Origin: Candidatus Geothermarchaeales archaeon
Lineage (GTDB): Archaea > Thermoproteota > Nitrososphaeria > Geothermarchaeales > JAUWBL01
Assembly: GCA_046757245.1 (NCBI GenBank)
Contig: JBHHXX010000069.1
Span: 1-10,156, forward strand
DNA: 10,156 nucleotides
Reading direction: 5' to 3'
This document shows, piece by piece, positions 6,721 to 10,156 of the stretch (positions are counted from its first letter, which is position 1; every line of letters begins with the position of its first letter). Under the pieces are notes generated by a model. That model saw only the letters and a program-made list of their open reading frames with translations. It ran no database searches and had not been told where the DNA came from. Both the position numbers and the translations under genes were made by a program.

Positions 6721-7626
6721 CTATTCTGTGAGGATGAGGGGCCCCTCCTCTCGGACCACGACGGTGTGCTCGAATTGGGCCACGGGCTTCCCCGACTTCT
6801 CCACGAGGATGGGGTAGGCGTGGAGGATGCCCCCTTTCCTCATGACCTCCAAGACTTCGAGGAGTCTGGGCATGGGCATCAGGTCTCTGAGCCACCTGGG
6901 GGAGAAGGGGAGCCTGTCATACCTCTTGACTATGTGGTCGTAGAGATTGGCCTGATCCCTGTCTCCAGGTCTCTTCAACTTGACGATCTGGAAGATTTGG
7001 TGTTTATCCGTGTCAACAACTTCACCATGGGCGTTGGGGAAGGTGAGGAAGGGCTCCACGGCGTAGATCTCATCGGCCTTCATCTTGGGGGTGAAGGGGC
7101 GGCCCACGTTAGGGATAGCCTTACCGCCGTGGAGGCTATACTCTGATATCAGGTGCCCCGAGAGGTTCCGAATGGTCTTATAGTTCCTCGCCTTCGCCAC
7201 AGCCTCGATCACACCCCCGATCCTCCCCGTCTTCTCCCCGGGGCGCATGAGTTTGATGGCCTCCTCCAAGACGAATTTGTTGACCTCAACGATGCTCCTA
7301 AACTCCGGTGAGAGAGGCACGGTGGTGGCGGTGTCCACGATACATCCATCGATCCTAACGCCGACGTCGACCTTCACCAGACCCTCCTCGGGGAGGGTGC
7401 CCTCTTCCCGCGTCAGGGGTGAGAAGTGCGCCGTGACCTCGTTCACTCCCACGTTGCAGGGGAAGGCGGGTATCCCACCCTTCCCCTCGATGAAGCCCTC
7501 TACCTTCTCACAGAGGTCATAGTAGGAGAGGTTTTTTTGGGATCTTAAGAGGGATTCGGCGTAGCCTATGGTCTGAGCGGCTATCCTCCCAGCCCTCAGG
7601 TATCGCTGAAGCCTCTGGTCATCCAT
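6721..7626 (-). CDS. map: Methionine aminopeptidase, type II
   Basis: 'GGIPAFPCNVGVNEVTAHFSP', 'VKVDVGVRIDGCIVDTATTV', 'NLSGHLISEYSLHGGKAIPN', 'IYAVEPFLT' and 'QFEHTVVV' preserve the metal-ligand and active-site motifs of archaeal/eukaryotic MetAP2. Confidence 0.95.
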   Translation of the reverse strand: MDDQRLQRYLRAGRIAAQTIGYAESLLRSQKNLSYYDLCEKVEGFIEGKGGIPAFPCNVGVNEVTAHFSPLTREEGTLPEEGLVKVDVGVRIDGCIVDTATTVPLSPEFRSIVEVNKFVLEEAIKLMRPGEKTGRIGGVIEAVAKARNYKTIRNLSGHLISEYSLHGGKAIPNVGRPFTPKMKADEIYAVEPFLTFPNAHGEVVDTDKHQIFQIVKLKRPGDRDQANLYDHIVKRYDRLPFSPRWLRDLMPMPRLLEVLEVMRKGGILHAYPILVEKSGKPVAQFEHTVVVREEGPLILTE

Positions 7627-7656
7627 GGCCTACACCTAAGCTCAACGCCCAACCCA

Positions 7657-7666
7657 TCTTATATGA
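7657..7666 (-). promoter_or_regulatory. Putative TATA box of map
   Basis: Minus strand 'catcatataagatgg', about 25-35 nt upstream of ATG 7626. Confidence 0.45.
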
Positions 7667-7807
7667 TGGTGAGTTTCGGCTATAAGGACTTAGCGATGAA
7701 GCGTCCTAAGAGCCTCCTAAATGTGGTAGGTGAAAAGGGGCTAATTTTCCGTGAAAATCTCTCCAACGATTAACGGAGGGGGACAGTGGGGATAGGCTAC
7801 GTAGGCG

Positions 7808-8770
7808 CTAGGTGATGAAGCGCTCATCGGTGAAGTATCTGTCCCCGCTGTCGGGCAGGACCGTGACGACATTCTTCCCCCTCCCCAGCTTCCTCGCCTC
7901 GTTTAAGGCCGCGAAGACGTTCGCCCCCGAGGACATGCCAGCGAACAACCCCTCCTCCCTCGAAAGCCTATAGGCCATCTCCCTCGCCTCCTCATTGGTA
8001 ACCTTGACAACCTCGTCGACGATGTTCGTCTCCAATATCTGTGATATGATCCCATCCGTTATTCCGGGTATAACCCTCCTCTCCCTCGAGAGGATCTCCT
8101 CAAACCCCTCCCATTCGGCGGGCTCGACGGCGATGATCCTCACATCGGGCACCTCCCGCCTCAACACCTCGGCGACGCCCAGCAGGGTTCCACCCGTGCC
8201 CACCGCCGCCACAAAGGCGTCGACCCTACCGTCGGTCTGCTCCAAAATCTCCCTGCCCGTATCGTTGTGAGCCGCCACGTTGCCCGGGCTGCTGAACTGA
8301 CGGGCCCACCAGACCCTTGGGTCACTCTCCTCCACCTCCCTACACTTCACCCTGCCGGGCACCTCAACCCTTGCCCCGTGGACGCCAGCCTTGCGAGCGA
8401 CCTCCGTCTCGACCAAGGGCACAGTCTCGACCTCTGAGCCGTAGCGGCTCATGACCCTCAACTTCTCCGGGGACCAAACCGTCTCCGGATAATATAGCCT
8501 CATCTTGTATCCTTTCACAGCTGCCACTAACGACAGTGCGATGGCTGTGTTGCCGGAGCTCGACTCCACTATGGTGTCGCCTGGCTTTAATTGGCCGGAT
8601 TTCTCAGCGTCCTCGATCATGCGGAGAGCTATCCTATCCTTCAGGCTTCCACTGGGGTTGAGGTATTCCAGCTTCGCCAAGACATTGGCCTCTATACCCT
8701 CTGTCACCCTGTTCAGCCTCACCATCGGCGTGTTGCCTATGAGCTCGAGAACACTATCGTGGACTCTCAT
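7808..8770 (-). CDS. Cysteine synthase / PLP-dependent beta-substituting enzyme (CysK/CysM/CBS family)
   Basis: 'VLELIGNTPMVRLNRV', 'LEYLNPSGSLKDRIALRMI' (PLP Lys), 'SSSGNTAIALSLVAA', 'FVAAVGTGGTLLGVAEVLR', 'GMSSGANVFAAL', 'VTVLPDSGDRYFTDERF'. Confidence 0.93.
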   Translation of the reverse strand: MRVHDSVLELIGNTPMVRLNRVTEGIEANVLAKLEYLNPSGSLKDRIALRMIEDAEKSGQLKPGDTIVESSSGNTAIALSLVAAVKGYKMRLYYPETVWSPEKLRVMSRYGSEVETVPLVETEVARKAGVHGARVEVPGRVKCREVEESDPRVWWARQFSSPGNVAAHNDTGREILEQTDGRVDAFVAAVGTGGTLLGVAEVLRREVPDVRIIAVEPAEWEGFEEILSRERRVIPGITDGIISQILETNIVDEVVKVTNEEAREMAYRLSREEGLFAGMSSGANVFAALNEARKLGRGKNVVTVLPDSGDRYFTDERFIT

Positions 8771-8904
8771 TTCATCATCATTAGGAGAAAAACACCCATT
8801 TAAACTTTGGGGGCGTCAAGGTCAGCGTCTCCACACGAGATTTTCTTGACGGGGCGGTTCGAGCTAAAACGGATGCCCACACTTGCACACTACCCACATA
8901 ACTT

Positions 8905-9102
8905 GTGTTAAGCACTCACGATCCCATTGGAGGCGAAGGCCTTGAGTCCTTCCACAGGAATCTGGGGGAAATAGACGAGGCTGAAGAGTTCAAGGTGGAG
9001 TTCAGCGTCTATCTGCTCAGGAGGTTCGGCATGCGCAGAGAGGATGACATCGTCTCGGACAATCGTGGATGCGAAGTGCTGCGCGAGATCCTGAAGGACT
9101 AG
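8905..9102 (+). CDS. Small hypothetical ORF (65 aa)
   Basis: GTG start. Codon usage resembles neighbouring real genes (AGG, GAG, CTC, TTC rich): '...EFKVEFSVYLLRRFGMRREDDIVSDNRGCEVLREILKD'. No recognised family, and an antisense ORF overlaps it. Confidence 0.35.
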   Translation: MLSTHDPIGGEGLESFHRNLGEIDEAEEFKVEFSVYLLRRFGMRREDDIVSDNRGCEVLREILKD

Positions 9103-9149
9103 ACTCAACGATAACATAGAAGAATCGGTTTAACGCGCCCCTAATTCTC

Positions 9150-9156
9150 TTAAATA
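9150..9156 (+). promoter_or_regulatory. Putative TATA box of the alkyltransferase gene
   Basis: 'ttctcttaaatatcgc', centred about 26 nt upstream of GTG 9179. Confidence 0.5.
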
Positions 9157-9178
9157 TCGCAGCGGCGGTAGATGGGGA

Positions 9179-9805
9179 TTGTGGGTAGAGATGTTTCGCC
9201 TCAAAGGCGGATCGAGGGATGAACCAGCGGGGAAGAGTTCGAGTGTCAAGGTCATCACCGTCCGAGTGGACAACATCGAGTTCGCCTATCTGATCGAGGA
9301 TGAGAAAGTCGTGGAAATCTTCCGCTTTCACGACTTCAACGACCTCCATAGAGCCCTCGAGGATCGAGGCGTCGATATACAAGGGCTGAGGATAAACGAG
9401 GATGAGGGATGGATTCTCACCCTCAACCGCTTCACCCGAGGGGTCTTCTCCGGAAGACCGGCGTCACCCCCACCCCACGCCCTGAGGGGCGTCACCCCCT
9501 TCCAGAGGAGGGTCTTGGAACTCACTAGGCTCATACCCCCGGGCCGCTTCACCACCTATGGCGAGCTCGGTAAACCCTTCTCTCCACGCCACGGGCGCGC
9601 GGTGGGTCAGGTCATGGCGATGAATCCCCTCCCCTTCATCATCCCCTGCCACAGGGTTCTAGCGTCAAACCTCAGGCTTGGAGGGTTTGGCTTGGGGTTG
9701 GAGGTCAAGAGGGGACTTCTTAGGGCTGAGAAGGGTGCCTCGCGGCGCGTTCCGCGTAATCTACCCTTCAAAACCTACTCGGTTGAAATATTGCCGTATC
9801 TCTAG
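9179..9805 (+). CDS. ogt: Methylated-DNA--[protein]-cysteine S-methyltransferase (O6-alkylguanine-DNA alkyltransferase); start GTG 9179 or ATG 9191
   Basis: 'TPFQRRVLELTRLIPPGRFTTYGELGKPFSPRHGRAVGQVMAMNPLPFIIPCHRVLASNLRLGGFGLGLEVKRGLLRAE' contains the PCHRV active site and RAVGQ...NP motif. The N-terminal region is divergent. Confidence 0.93.
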   Translation: MWVEMFRLKGGSRDEPAGKSSSVKVITVRVDNIEFAYLIEDEKVVEIFRFHDFNDLHRALEDRGVDIQGLRINEDEGWILTLNRFTRGVFSGRPASPPPHALRGVTPFQRRVLELTRLIPPGRFTTYGELGKPFSPRHGRAVGQVMAMNPLPFIIPCHRVLASNLRLGGFGLGLEVKRGLLRAEKGASRRVPRNLPFKTYSVEILPYL

Positions 9806-9963
9806 GTAACCAAGGGTAACTCAATCCACGTCAAAGCCGTCTAGAAACGCCTCTAAATCGTAAAGGGTACAACGCTTAACCTATGGATTCTCAATTTGAG
9901 GTAGTGGTGGCTAGGATACCTTAGAGATTTGATTTAGCTAAAAAATTCTACGGTGAAAATCGT

Positions 9964-10155
9964 TTAGGCTATTTCAGCCTCATCGCAGATCTTTGAGGGT
10001 GCCTTGTATCCGCTTAACCACTCCGCAACCTCGGCGTGGCAACCCTGGGCCATGATCTCCTTAAACCTATCGAGGCGCTCCGTGGAGGAGGCTTAGCCGC
10101 AGAGATCCTCCTTCGTTATGAGGCCCAGCTCCAAGCATTCCTCAACGGTGTTCAT
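9964..10155 (-). other. Possible small ORF interrupted by an in-frame TAA (or the C-terminus of a gene running out of the window)
   Basis: Minus-strand translation from ATG 10155: MNTVEECLELGLITKEDLCG*ASSTERLDRFKEIMAQGCHAEVAEWLSGYKAPSKICDEAEIA*. The internal TAA is at 10095-10093 and the second stop at 9966-9964. Confidence 0.25.
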
Positions 10156-10156
10156 C

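Noticed and set aside
6712-7146. 144 aa plus-strand ORF
   Set aside because: Antisense to map, whose MetAP2 motifs are unambiguous.
8505-8849. 114 aa plus-strand ORF
   Set aside because: Antisense to the well-supported cysteine synthase gene and its upstream region.
8840-8870. tRNA T-arm-like 'GGTTCGAGC'
   Set aside because: No acceptor, D or anticodon stem pairing can be built around it.
9017-9382. 121 aa minus-strand ORF
   Set aside because: Overlaps the start of the alkyltransferase gene in antisense. No family-like motifs.
1-10156. CRISPR array, transposon ends, toxin-antitoxin or phage-like signatures
   Set aside because: No periodic direct repeats, terminal inverted repeats, transposase, integrase or defence-type domains were seen on either strand.

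Overview
This window looks like an ordinary, gene-dense archaeal chromosomal segment. Evidence: an Alba chromatin protein, a type II methionine aminopeptidase, TATA boxes about 25 nt upstream of start codons, and AGG/GTG-rich codon usage. Gene order: 5'-truncated DsrE-like protein, RraA-like protein, Alba with an acidic N-terminal extension, a tandem SIS-domain protein (-), a membrane-anchored HExxH metallopeptidase, a 5S rRNA, a DUF1512-like membrane protein followed by a one-TM zinc-ribbon protein, type II MetAP (-), a cysteine-synthase-family PLP enzyme (-), a small ORF, and an O6-alkylguanine-DNA alkyltransferase. The strongest unusual signal is the unannotated 5S rRNA at about 4830-4985. 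All canonical helices can be drawn, but about 34 nt are inserted in the helix III/loop C region, and they contain a perfect 8-bp hairpin. A second notable item is the metallopeptidase gene. Its reading frame extends about 270 nt upstream of the called GTG and encodes a clear TM anchor, but that extension has no in-frame canonical start, which suggests a 1-nt homopolymer error, a frameshift or an atypical start. I found no CRISPR array, mobile element, defence island or clearly novel multi-gene system.
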